NCBI GenBank assembly: GCA_038207335.1
Contig: JBBQZX010000001.1
Span: 320,001 to 384,000 of the forward strand
DNA from: Chthoniobacterales bacterium
Lineage (GTDB): Bacteria > Verrucomicrobiota > Verrucomicrobiia > Chthoniobacterales > Chthoniobacteraceae
Length of the DNA: 64,000 nucleotides
Direction: 5' to 3'
Part shown: piece by piece, positions 21,301 through 29,020 of the stretch
Position numbering within the stretch: the first letter of the stretch is position 1
How the letters are laid out: every line of letters starts with the position of its first letter
Notes under the pieces: generated by a model
The model's input: only the letters and a program-made list of their open reading frames with translations
Databases searched by the model: none
What the model was told of the DNA's origin: nothing
Translations under genes and position numbers: made by a program

Positions 21301-23414
21301 CGGGCATCACCACCGGCAACATCGAGTTCTGGCCCACCAATTACTCCCAGCCCGTCGTCGCGGGAGTCCTCCCCGGCAATCCCGGCAGCACGACCGCCTA
21401 CGACTTCAACGACACCCGCACCACCACCGGCGCGCACGGCTCCATGCAGATTCACAACTACGGCGCCGCCCAGACCCTCTTCGCCATCAACCACTGGGGC
21501 ACCGCCGGCGCCGGCGCCACCAGTTCCCTCGAAATGGGCATCGGCAACAACCCGAACGGCGCTCAGGCCCCCGACTGGACCCTCACCAACAACGGCTCCA
21601 GCTACGACGTGAAGCGCGTCCTTCGCGTCTTCGTCCTCCCCGGCAGCAGCGACCTCACCGGCCCCGCCATCACCCGCATCACCCCCTCCACCACGCTCAA
21701 CCGCCTCGTCGTCACCTTCAGCGAAACCGTTGCCGACGGCGCCGCCAACCCCGCCAATTTTGCCCTCGACGGCAGCGTCAACGTCACCGGCGCGACTCTG
21801 CTCCCCGGCAACCGCGAAATCGCCCTCACCACCAGCGCCCAGACCGCCGGCACCCTCTACACCGTCTCCGCCGGCGGCATCCGCGACCGCTCGCCGAATG
21901 GCAACGTCACCGTCAGCGCCACCGCCACGTTCACCGCCTACACCCCGCCCGCCGTCCTCGCCAATGTCCCCGACGCCGGATACCAGCTCATCTACCGCCT
22001 TGCCATCCCCGCCGCCTCCGGCCTGTGGAATCTTAACACCATCCCGTATTCCGTGGACGAGGCGAAATACGGCGAGCGTCCCTTCGACCGCGTCGCATAC
22101 CTCATGGAGCTCGACGGCAACTGGGTCTACGCCTCCTTCGACCCCGTCACCAGCACCTTGGCGAAAGTCGGCGTCCCCACCCTCACCGTCAGCGCCACCC
22201 CGTTCCAGCAAATCGTCGCCCACATGAACGTCGCCTCCAACGTCGCCGGCATCGCCACCGGCACCGACATTGCCACCGGCAACATCGAGTTCTGGGGCGG
22301 CAACTACCAGCCCGCCAACGCCATCGGCATCCCCAACGCCAGCGCCACCGACTACGACTTTGGCGACGTCATGACCGCCGGCCAATTCGGCTCCATGCAG
22401 GTCCACAACTACGACCTCGACGGCAGCGGCCCCGCCATCGCCGGCCAGACCATCCTCGCCTACAACAACTGGGGCGGAAACGTTAACCCGAGCGAACTCG
22501 GCATCGGCAACAACCCCACCGCTGGCAGCCCCGGAGTCGGCGGCACCCAGCAGCCCGACTACACGTTCACCCAAAACGCCGGCACCTACACCACGCGCAA
22601 CCTCTACGTCCTCGTCCGCCCCGGCGGCACCGCCGTCGGCCCCGCGCCCCAGCTCTTCTCCCAGCCCACCTCCCGCATCGTCGCAGCCGGCGGCTCCACC
22701 ACCCTCGCCGTCAGCGTCATGGGCAGCGGCCCCTACACATACCAATGGCGTCGAAATGGCGTCGCCATCCTTGGCGCCACCGACTCCTTCCTCGACATCA
22801 CGGGCTTCGGCAGCGGGAAAGCTGGCACCTACGACGTCATTGTCACCAGCGCCGCGGGCGTCAGCACCACCAGCCTTGGAGCCGTCCTCTCCCTGCCGAA
22901 TGCCAACCCCGCCTTCACCTCCTTCGCCTTCACCATCGGCGTGAACGAGCCCGCCTCCATCGCCGCCTCCGACATCCTCGCCAAAGCCACCGACCCCGAC
23001 GGCGACACCCTCACCGTCACCTCCGCCGGCCCCGGCAGCACCCAAGGCGGCACCGTCTCATTGAATAGCGGGGTCATCCTCTACACCCCCGCCACCGCCT
23101 TCATGGGCGCCGACACCTTCACCCTCACCATCGGCGACGGGAAAGGTGGCAGCGTCATTGGAAACATCAACGCCACCGTCACCTCGGCCCCTCTCAACCC
23201 CGGGCGCCAGTCCACCGTCACCGTCCGCGCCGACGGGAAAGTGGACCTCCTCTTCTACGGCACCCCCGGTCAGAGCTACATCATCGAGCGCACCCTCGAC
23301 TTCAGCGTGTGGCAGACCCTCCAGACCGCCACCCCCGGCGACGACGGCCTCCTCCCCTTCACCGACCCAAATCCCCCCGTCGGCAACGCATTCTACCGCA
23401 CCCGCATCCCCTAG
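18318..23414 (+). CDS. Large secreted modular protein: SGNH/GDSL hydrolase, 3 Ig-like (Big_5-like) domains, 4 copies of a ~215-aa module, Ig and cadherin-like domains, C-terminal FYR tail
   Basis: SGNH blocks GDSIT, GHSG, HIGTND, DSLHP; repeated RVAY..EL / GNxEFW / GSMQxHN / DxTxT motifs; YQWRRNG Ig domain; DPDGD; WQTL...TD...FYR end. Confidence 0.9.
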   Translation: MSLVRPLPALFCALVLAVSSHGAAPIRIMPLGDSITDGSSYDSPDGTGGYRGPLFDALTADGYNVESVGSLTINSTLRPLAEKSHEGHSGWRIDQLDSGIAGWFETFPDPDVILMHIGTNDFGQNLNTTTAIDRLDALILKITQLRPYAHIVVTNLMERGEPQNAAIQAQFNPYVQARVDAHAAAGRRVTFLDMRSAVPLSDMPDSLHPDQNGYVKMAAAWLPKIEAIIGPDGDAAPPEIARARGAADRTHVAITFSKPVADSAATASNFTLSGGITVSAATLSADKRVVTLTTSTQTLGTTYTATVSGVQDRLFAPNSIAPGSTKTFAAATPRGYLNNVPESVGYTLACSLDVPNLANYSTAQPTYSIDNRSAVGPFSRVAYYVELQSASGDLQYLWTSMNAFTSDVNKIAVPTAATGAVFQQNVASLNVVSNVPGIVTGTGLAGNLEFWPTNYSAENGVGISGASDATYDFGDTITPSGTYGSMQLHNAAAGQTLFAFNNWGGATTNTNADLGIGTNPGASGNGSGPQPDWTFSNSAGNYSIKTIQVLVQTTGDLTGPTAASAFASFGRTTVTVSFSEPLAAGSVKAGDFTIDNGVVVLGATLAANQRDVILTTTTQPVAPLTLTISGIRDSSPNANLIAPGSTIAVSAPALPPEIVANVGAASNGYELVYSLDVPVTGNLNAAGAAAYSVNDSTAGAPFTRVAYYLELQKTGQPSQFAWVSMDAFSAGRKKLGVPTVASGAFFQRNVTNMEVVSNVAGVVNGSGIATGNLEFWPSNYAAAKAAASPANADDATLDFGDSGASTGAGYGSMQIHNYGAAQTVLAINHFGVDGQPLDVGIGTNPNASANASNGQKDWTFTSNAGTYSRRILHVLVLPGVTTPPAVTAIVPEAANYQLLYTLDIPTTGNLVSGTGFQPYTVNNAADVGQFKRVAYLMELQKTGDASTQYVWTSMDAFSTDPLKVGVPTPASGAVFQGPVANMNVVSNVAGVVNGTGITTGNIEFWPTNYSQPVVAGVLPGNPGSTTAYDFNDTRTTTGAHGSMQIHNYGAAQTLFAINHWGTAGAGATSSLEMGIGNNPNGAQAPDWTLTNNGSSYDVKRVLRVFVLPGSSDLTGPAITRITPSTTLNRLVVTFSETVADGAANPANFALDGSVNVTGATLLPGNREIALTTSAQTAGTLYTVSAGGIRDRSPNGNVTVSATATFTAYTPPAVLANVPDAGYQLIYRLAIPAASGLWNLNTIPYSVDEAKYGERPFDRVAYLMELDGNWVYASFDPVTSTLAKVGVPTLTVSATPFQQIVAHMNVASNVAGIATGTDIATGNIEFWGGNYQPANAIGIPNASATDYDFGDVMTAGQFGSMQVHNYDLDGSGPAIAGQTILAYNNWGGNVNPSELGIGNNPTAGSPGVGGTQQPDYTFTQNAGTYTTRNLYVLVRPGGTAVGPAPQLFSQPTSRIVAAGGSTTLAVSVMGSGPYTYQWRRNGVAILGATDSFLDITGFGSGKAGTYDVIVTSAAGVSTTSLGAVLSLPNANPAFTSFAFTIGVNEPASIAASDILAKATDPDGDTLTVTSAGPGSTQGGTVSLNSGVILYTPATAFMGADTFTLTIGDGKGGSVIGNINATVTSAPLNPGRQSTVTVRADGKVDLLFYGTPGQSYIIERTLDFSVWQTLQTATPGDDGLLPFTDPNPPVGNAFYRTRIP

Positions 23415-23443
23415 CGCGGGGGCAACGCCCCTGAAGCAGCCTC

Positions 23444-23733
23444 AACAAACTCCGTTTGTGCTCCCACAAACGGCGAAAGTGGGAGCACGAACGGCGAAAG
23501 TGGGGCACTCACACCGTCCGTGATAGCACTGAATAAGTTTGTTGCCGACAAACGGCGTTAGTGGGGGCACTCACGCCGAAAGAGGATGCACGAACGCCGT
23601 CCACGATAGCACGAACTTCGCCCCTGGGGGCATAAACGCCATCTGCGGTGGCGCGGTCCCGTCCGCAGTAGCACGAACGCCAAATGTCACCCACAAACGG
23701 CGTCCGTGGGAGCACGAACGACGTGAGTGGGGG
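23444..23733. repeat. Degenerate tandem array, 14 units of 20-21 bp (consensus about CACRAACGSCGWNNGTGGGRG)
   Basis: Units start at 23444, 23465, 23486, 23506, 23527, 23547, 23568, 23589, 23610, 23631, 23652, 23672, 23692 and 23713. Confidence 0.85.
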
Positions 23734-23893
23734 CAAGATTGACGACGATTGAAGCCCGGCGCCCCTCCTCACTTGCACGCCCGTCTTTCAACGCCGCACC
23801 CGCGTTCCATCCAAACGCCTCGGATAACCCCCGCCTAATCTCCTCGCCTTATCGCGCGTATCCCTCTTTACTCGTCCGTAATCCCCACGCGCC

Positions 23894-26800
23894 ATGACCC
23901 GCCTCCACGTCCTCGCGATCTTTGCCCTTCTCCTCCCCCAAGCCCCGGCGCGCGCCGAAAAACCCCCCATCCCCGAGCCTCTGGAGCAGTGGGAAGCGTG
24001 GGCCACTTGGGACTCGCCGCATCGCGACTGCCCCACACCTTACTCCGACCCGAAAAAGCACGTCTGCTTCTGGCCATCGCAGCTCGCGCTCGATGTCCAA
24101 AAGACCGGCGGCAAGTTCGACCTCGGCGTCGAAGTCTTCGCCGAGACATGGGTCCCGCTCCCCGGCAGCGCGGACGCTTGGCCGCTCACCGTCCTGGCGG
24201 ATGGCACCCCCATCGCCGTCGTCGAGCACGGCGGCGTGCCATCGGTGCAGCTCCCGCCCGGCATCCACAAGCTCGCGGGCACCTTCCGCTGGGCCGACCT
24301 CCCGCAGAAGATCTCCGTCCCCCGCGAGATCGGCGTCCTCACTTTAACCCTCGACGCCAAACCCGTGGCCGCACCCGTCTGGGATGCCGCGGGCGCCCTC
24401 TGGCTCCGGCGCGACGGGGCAGGGGAGGAGGCCGACAAGCCCTTCCTTCAGGTGAAAGCCTATGCGCTCCTCGAAGATGGCATCCCGCTCTGGCTGCGCA
24501 CCGAGGTCGAGCTGATCGTCTCCGGCAAGAGCCGCGAGGAAGACCTCGGCACCATCCTCCCCGCCGGCTGGCGGCTCGCAGCCGTCGAGAGTCCCATCCC
24601 GGTCGCCATCGACGCCGCCGGGCACATGAAGGCGCAGGTCCGCGCGGGAAAATGGACCGTCCATCTCGATGCCTTCCGCCTCGACAACCCGACCGACTTC
24701 CGCTTCGCCGAAGGCGCAAAGCCCGCAGTCCCCGAGGAGCTCCTCGCCTTCCGCTCCCGGCCAGATTTTCGCATGGTCGAGATCACCGGCGCGCCGTCCA
24801 TCGATGTCTCGCAGACCGCCTTCCCCGACAAATGGCGCGAGCTCCCCGTCTATCGATGGGACACTACGCAGCCATTCACCTTCGCCGAGCGGATGCGCGG
24901 CATGGGGGATCAAAAGCCCGCCGGCCTGACCATCAACCGCGAGTGGTGGCTCGACGAAGGCGGCCGCGCGCTCACCTTCCGCGACCGCATCGCCGGCGCG
25001 CAGCAGCAAATCTGGCGACTCGACGCCGCGCCGGGGCAGGACCTCGGCAGCGTGCGCAGCGGCGGCCAGGGCCAGCTCATCACGCTCAATCCCGCGACCG
25101 GCGCGCCCGGCGTGGAAATCCGCACCCGCACCCTTGACCTCGAAGCCACCGGCCGCATGAACCGCGTGCATGGCCTACCCGCCACCGGCTGGAGCGCCGA
25201 CGCCGACGCGCTGAACGTCACGCTCAACCTGCCTCCCGGCTGGCGGCTCTTCGCGCTCTTCGGGGCCGACTGGGTGCGCGGCGACTGGCTCACCGCATGG
25301 TCGCTGCTCGACCTGTTCCTCCTGCTCGTCTTCACCTTCGCCGTCTTCCGGCTCTGGGGCGCCCCCGCCGCCGCGCTGGCCTTCGTCGCCTTCGGCATCG
25401 CCTACCACGAGCCCGGAGCGCCCCGCTACCTCTGGCTCGCCCTCCTCGTTCCGCTCGCCCTCCAGCGAGTCGTCCCCGAGGGCCGCGCCCGCCGTGCGGT
25501 CGTCTTTCTAAAGTGGGCAGTCGTCCTGTGCTTCGTGCTCGTGCTGGTGCCCTTCGTCGCGCAACAAGTGCAGCAAACGCTGTATCCGCAGTTGGAGGTG
25601 GTGAATACGCGCGGGGGTATCCTCGGAAGACCGGTGTTTGCGACCACGAACGAAATGGAGTGGGCTGCGCAAGCGGGAGCGGTGCGCAACTTCGACAACG
25701 GCGTCGTGGAGAACGCGCCAGCGCAAGCTCCCTCCGCACCTGCCCCGCCCCCGCCGCAGGAAAGTCGCGTCGCCGGATACGCCACCTCCGCGCTCAGCCT
25801 CGGCCTCGCCTCCACCGCCCCTTCGCGAAAAGCGAGCACCATGCAGAACGCCAACTTCCAATACGACACCAAAGCCCGCATCCAGACCGGCCCCGGCGTG
25901 CCTGATTGGAACTGGCGCACCGTCTCCTTCGGCTGGAATGGCCCCGTCGCCGCCACCCAGACCATCCGCCCCATCCTCATCCCCCTTGCCGTCGAGCGCG
26001 GCCTCGCCCTCCTCCGCGTCGCCCTCCTCCTTGCCCTCGCCGCCATCCTCCTCGGCGCGCGCAAACTCCGCACCCCCCGCGTCCCTGCCGTCCCCGCTGC
26101 CGCCGCCGTCGTCGTCGCGCTCCTCACCTTCACCCAGAGCACCCGCGCCCAAGCCCCCGACCAGCCCACTCTCGACAAACTCCGCGAGCGCCTCCTCGCG
26201 CCCTCCGACGCCTACCCCACCGCCGCCGACATCCCCACCGTCGCCCTTACCATCGCCGAGCGCCGCATCACCATCGACGCCGAGATTCACACCGCCATCC
26301 GCACCGCCGTCGCCCTCCCCGGCCGCCTCCCCGCGTGGTCGCCCGTCGCCGTGCTCATCGACGACCAGCCCGCCTCCGCACTCCGTCGCGACGACGGCTA
26401 CCTCTGGGTCGTCCTCGCCCCCGGCGTCCATCGTGTGAAAATCACCGGCCTCCTCGCGCCCGGCACCGAGTGGGAGTGGACCTTCCTCCTGCGTCCCCGT
26501 CTCGTCACCATCGACGCCCCCGGCTGGACCGTCACCGGCGTCCGCCCCGACGGCATCCCCGAGCAGCAAGTCTTCTTCGCCCAAAAACAACAGACCACCG
26601 GCGCCGAGGCCAGCTACGACCGCCAGGACCTCGCCACCATCGCCACCATCGACCGCACCCTCGAGCTCGGCCTCCTCTGGCAGGTCCGCACCACCGTCAC
26701 CCGCCTCTCCCCCCCCGGCAAAGCCGTCTCCCTCCGCGTCCCCCTCCTCCCCGGCGAAAACGTCCTCACCTCCGCCGCCACAGTCCGCGACGGCGCCATC

Positions 26801-28123
26801 GACATCCGCCTCGGCGCGCAGGACACCACCTTCACTTGGGAAAGCCGCCTCCCCATCACCTCAACCCTCCAGCTCGCCACCCGCCCCACCGACACCTGGG
26901 TCGAGCGCTGGCACCTCGTCACGTCACCCGTCTGGAACGTCACCCTCGCCGGCCTCCCCCCCACCTTCGAGCCCACCGGCGCCGACCTCATCCCCCTCTG
27001 GCAGCCCTGGCCCGGCGAAACCGTCACCCTTACCCTCAGCCGCCCCGAAGCCATCCCCGGCGCCACCGTCACCGTCAGCCGCGGCACCCACACCATCACC
27101 CTCGGCCAGCGCCAGCGCACCTCCCAGCTCGACGTCGCGCTCCGCTGCTCGCTTGGCGAGGACTTCCTCATCGACCTCCCCGCCGATGCCGACATCACCG
27201 CCCTCACCCTCGACACCAAAGCCCTCCCCGTCCGCAACGACGGCACCCGCCTCATCGTCCCCCTCCATCCCGGCGAGCAGCAGCTCTCCCTCTCGTGGAA
27301 AAGCAACACCTCCCTCGCATTCCGAGCCACCGGCGAAGCCGTGAGCCTCCCCGTCGAAAGCGCCAACATCACCACCACCATCCAGCTCCCCGACGACCGC
27401 TGGCTCCTCTGGGCCCACGGCCCCCTCCGCGGCCCCGCCGTCCGCTTCTGGAGCATCCTCATCACCTCCCTCCTCATCGCCGCCGCCCTCGCCCGAGTCC
27501 GCCTCCCCGCCCGCACCCTCGGAGTCGCCAGCACCGCCCCCGGCGCCTCCAGGCTCGACCTTGCCCCCACGCACCCACCCCTCCGCCTCATCGACTGGCT
27601 CCTTCTAGCCATCGGCCTCACCCAAGTCCCCCTCCCATGCGCCGTCCTCGTCGTCGCCTGGCTCTTCCTCCTCGCCTGCCGCGGCCGATATTCCGGTGAA
27701 AATCTCACCCGCCATCGCTTCAACGCCTTCCAAGTCATCCTCGCCGCCCTCACCGCCGCCGCCCTCATCATCCTCATCACCGCCGTCGGCGAAGGCCTCC
27801 TTGGCCAGCCCGACATGTTCGTCATCGGCAACGCCTCCAGCCGCAGCACGCTCAACTGGTATCAGGCCCGCAGCCCCATGCTCCTGCCGAGACCCGAAAT
27901 CTTCAGCGTCACCATCTGGGCCTACCGCTTCCTCATGCTCCTGTGGGCGCTCTGGCTCGCCGCCGCCCTCATCCGCTGGCTCCGTTGGGGCTGGGCCCAA
28001 TATTCCGCCACCGCCCTCTGGCGCACCCGCCCCCCGACAACGCCCCCCCTCCCCAAGAACCCGCCCATTTTCCCCGCACCACCCGCCCCCGCCGGCCCCG
28101 CAGCCCCGAACGCTCAATACTGA
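23894..28123 (+). CDS. 1409-aa uncharacterised exported multi-pass membrane protein with an internal two-fold duplication
   Basis: Long ORF with signal peptide, beta-rich soluble segments and two TM clusters; consistent codon bias. Confidence 0.88.
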   Translation: MTRLHVLAIFALLLPQAPARAEKPPIPEPLEQWEAWATWDSPHRDCPTPYSDPKKHVCFWPSQLALDVQKTGGKFDLGVEVFAETWVPLPGSADAWPLTVLADGTPIAVVEHGGVPSVQLPPGIHKLAGTFRWADLPQKISVPREIGVLTLTLDAKPVAAPVWDAAGALWLRRDGAGEEADKPFLQVKAYALLEDGIPLWLRTEVELIVSGKSREEDLGTILPAGWRLAAVESPIPVAIDAAGHMKAQVRAGKWTVHLDAFRLDNPTDFRFAEGAKPAVPEELLAFRSRPDFRMVEITGAPSIDVSQTAFPDKWRELPVYRWDTTQPFTFAERMRGMGDQKPAGLTINREWWLDEGGRALTFRDRIAGAQQQIWRLDAAPGQDLGSVRSGGQGQLITLNPATGAPGVEIRTRTLDLEATGRMNRVHGLPATGWSADADALNVTLNLPPGWRLFALFGADWVRGDWLTAWSLLDLFLLLVFTFAVFRLWGAPAAALAFVAFGIAYHEPGAPRYLWLALLVPLALQRVVPEGRARRAVVFLKWAVVLCFVLVLVPFVAQQVQQTLYPQLEVVNTRGGILGRPVFATTNEMEWAAQAGAVRNFDNGVVENAPAQAPSAPAPPPPQESRVAGYATSALSLGLASTAPSRKASTMQNANFQYDTKARIQTGPGVPDWNWRTVSFGWNGPVAATQTIRPILIPLAVERGLALLRVALLLALAAILLGARKLRTPRVPAVPAAAAVVVALLTFTQSTRAQAPDQPTLDKLRERLLAPSDAYPTAADIPTVALTIAERRITIDAEIHTAIRTAVALPGRLPAWSPVAVLIDDQPASALRRDDGYLWVVLAPGVHRVKITGLLAPGTEWEWTFLLRPRLVTIDAPGWTVTGVRPDGIPEQQVFFAQKQQTTGAEASYDRQDLATIATIDRTLELGLLWQVRTTVTRLSPPGKAVSLRVPLLPGENVLTSAATVRDGAIDIRLGAQDTTFTWESRLPITSTLQLATRPTDTWVERWHLVTSPVWNVTLAGLPPTFEPTGADLIPLWQPWPGETVTLTLSRPEAIPGATVTVSRGTHTITLGQRQRTSQLDVALRCSLGEDFLIDLPADADITALTLDTKALPVRNDGTRLIVPLHPGEQQLSLSWKSNTSLAFRATGEAVSLPVESANITTTIQLPDDRWLLWAHGPLRGPAVRFWSILITSLLIAAALARVRLPARTLGVASTAPGASRLDLAPTHPPLRLIDWLLLAIGLTQVPLPCAVLVVAWLFLLACRGRYSGENLTRHRFNAFQVILAALTAAALIILITAVGEGLLGQPDMFVIGNASSRSTLNWYQARSPMLLPRPEIFSVTIWAYRFLMLLWALWLAAALIRWLRWGWAQYSATALWRTRPPTTPPLPKNPPIFPAPPAPAGPAAPNAQY

Positions 28124-28127
28124 GTAG

Positions 28128-28337
28128 GTCGGTCAGGCGCCAGAGAAAGTCGGTCAGTCGCCAGAGAAGGTCGATCAGGCACGAGAGTTGGCCGGTCCGT
28201 TAGCCGAGGATGTCGGTCAGTCGTAAAAGTTGGTCGATCAGGCACAAAAAAAAGCCGGTCGGGCACCCGAGGAGGTCGATCGGTCAGACGAAGAGGCTGA
28301 TCGCGCGCAAGAAGAGGCCGGTCAGGCAGCCCTAGAT
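28128..28337. repeat. Degenerate tandem array, 10 units of exactly 21 bp (consensus about GYCGRTCRGKCRNNNGARRAG)
   Basis: Units start at 28128, 28149, 28170, 28191, 28212, 28233, 28254, 28275, 28296 and 28317. Confidence 0.88.
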
Positions 28338-28454
28338 CAGAGTAAAGCCGCCAGATGCGCCAAAACGCCCCACCTTTCTCCAAATCCACACGCCCGACCC
28401 GCCTCCCCGCCCCACCTAAACTTGCACAAGCGCGACCGAACGCTCTTAGTCACC

Positions 28455-28893
28455 GTGGAATACGCACAATCCATCGGACAAATCACGGCTGCATTTGCCG
28501 AAGTGCCCCCTCCCGCTGACGGAACGATCGTCTGCCACGACTACCATGAGTGCCGCGCCCTCCGCGATGACGTCCGCGGCCACACACCGGACGAACTTTC
28601 CGACGAATGGATCGAAAAGAGCTTAGACCAGCTCCCATTGCTCTCCGACTAGGCCAAGCAATACTACCTCCCCGCATACCTGCGCGTCGGCGCTCTCAAT
28701 CGCGACTCCAACGTCGCTGCGTTTGTCCTATTCATGCTCTCCGATTTGTTCCGAATGGATCCGAGTGGGTGGCTATACTAAGCCTCAGAAGCAGGCCATC
28801 AGCGATCACCTCGCCTTCGTAGAGCCTCAACGGGGAAGAATGGGACCTCGAAGACATCGCAAAAGCGCGATCCTTATGGCAACCAACCCCTAG
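28455..28893 (+). pseudogene. Disrupted DUF6714-like small protein
   Basis: ITAAFAEVPPP...HDYHEC...LPLLSD*AKQYYLPAYLR continues past the TAG at 28650-28652; YTKPQKQAISDHLAFV and DIAKARSLW then appear in shifted frames. Confidence 0.65.
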
Positions 28894-29020
28894 CCGTCCG
28901 CACCAGCCAGCTACAGCGCCCACGCAGAGTATTTAAGTGTTGAAGCGGCACTTCCCCTCGTCTCTGCTCCTTCTCGGCCCTCCGGTGAACTCCTGTGGGG
29001 CTGGCGGTTGGTTCCCCTTT

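Noticed and set aside
21228..27855. Long alternative-frame or antisense ORFs (21228..23045, 25508..26590, 25906..27699, 26614..27855)
   Set aside because: G/V/D/E- or P/R/H-rich translations produced by the extreme C skew of the real genes.
23444..28337. The two 21-bp arrays as CRISPR arrays
   Set aside because: Units are contiguous and degenerate, with no identical repeats separated by unique spacers, and there are no cas genes.
28230..28652. 140-aa ORF as a real gene
   Set aside because: It joins the 21-bp array to the 5' half of the pseudogene starting at 28455.
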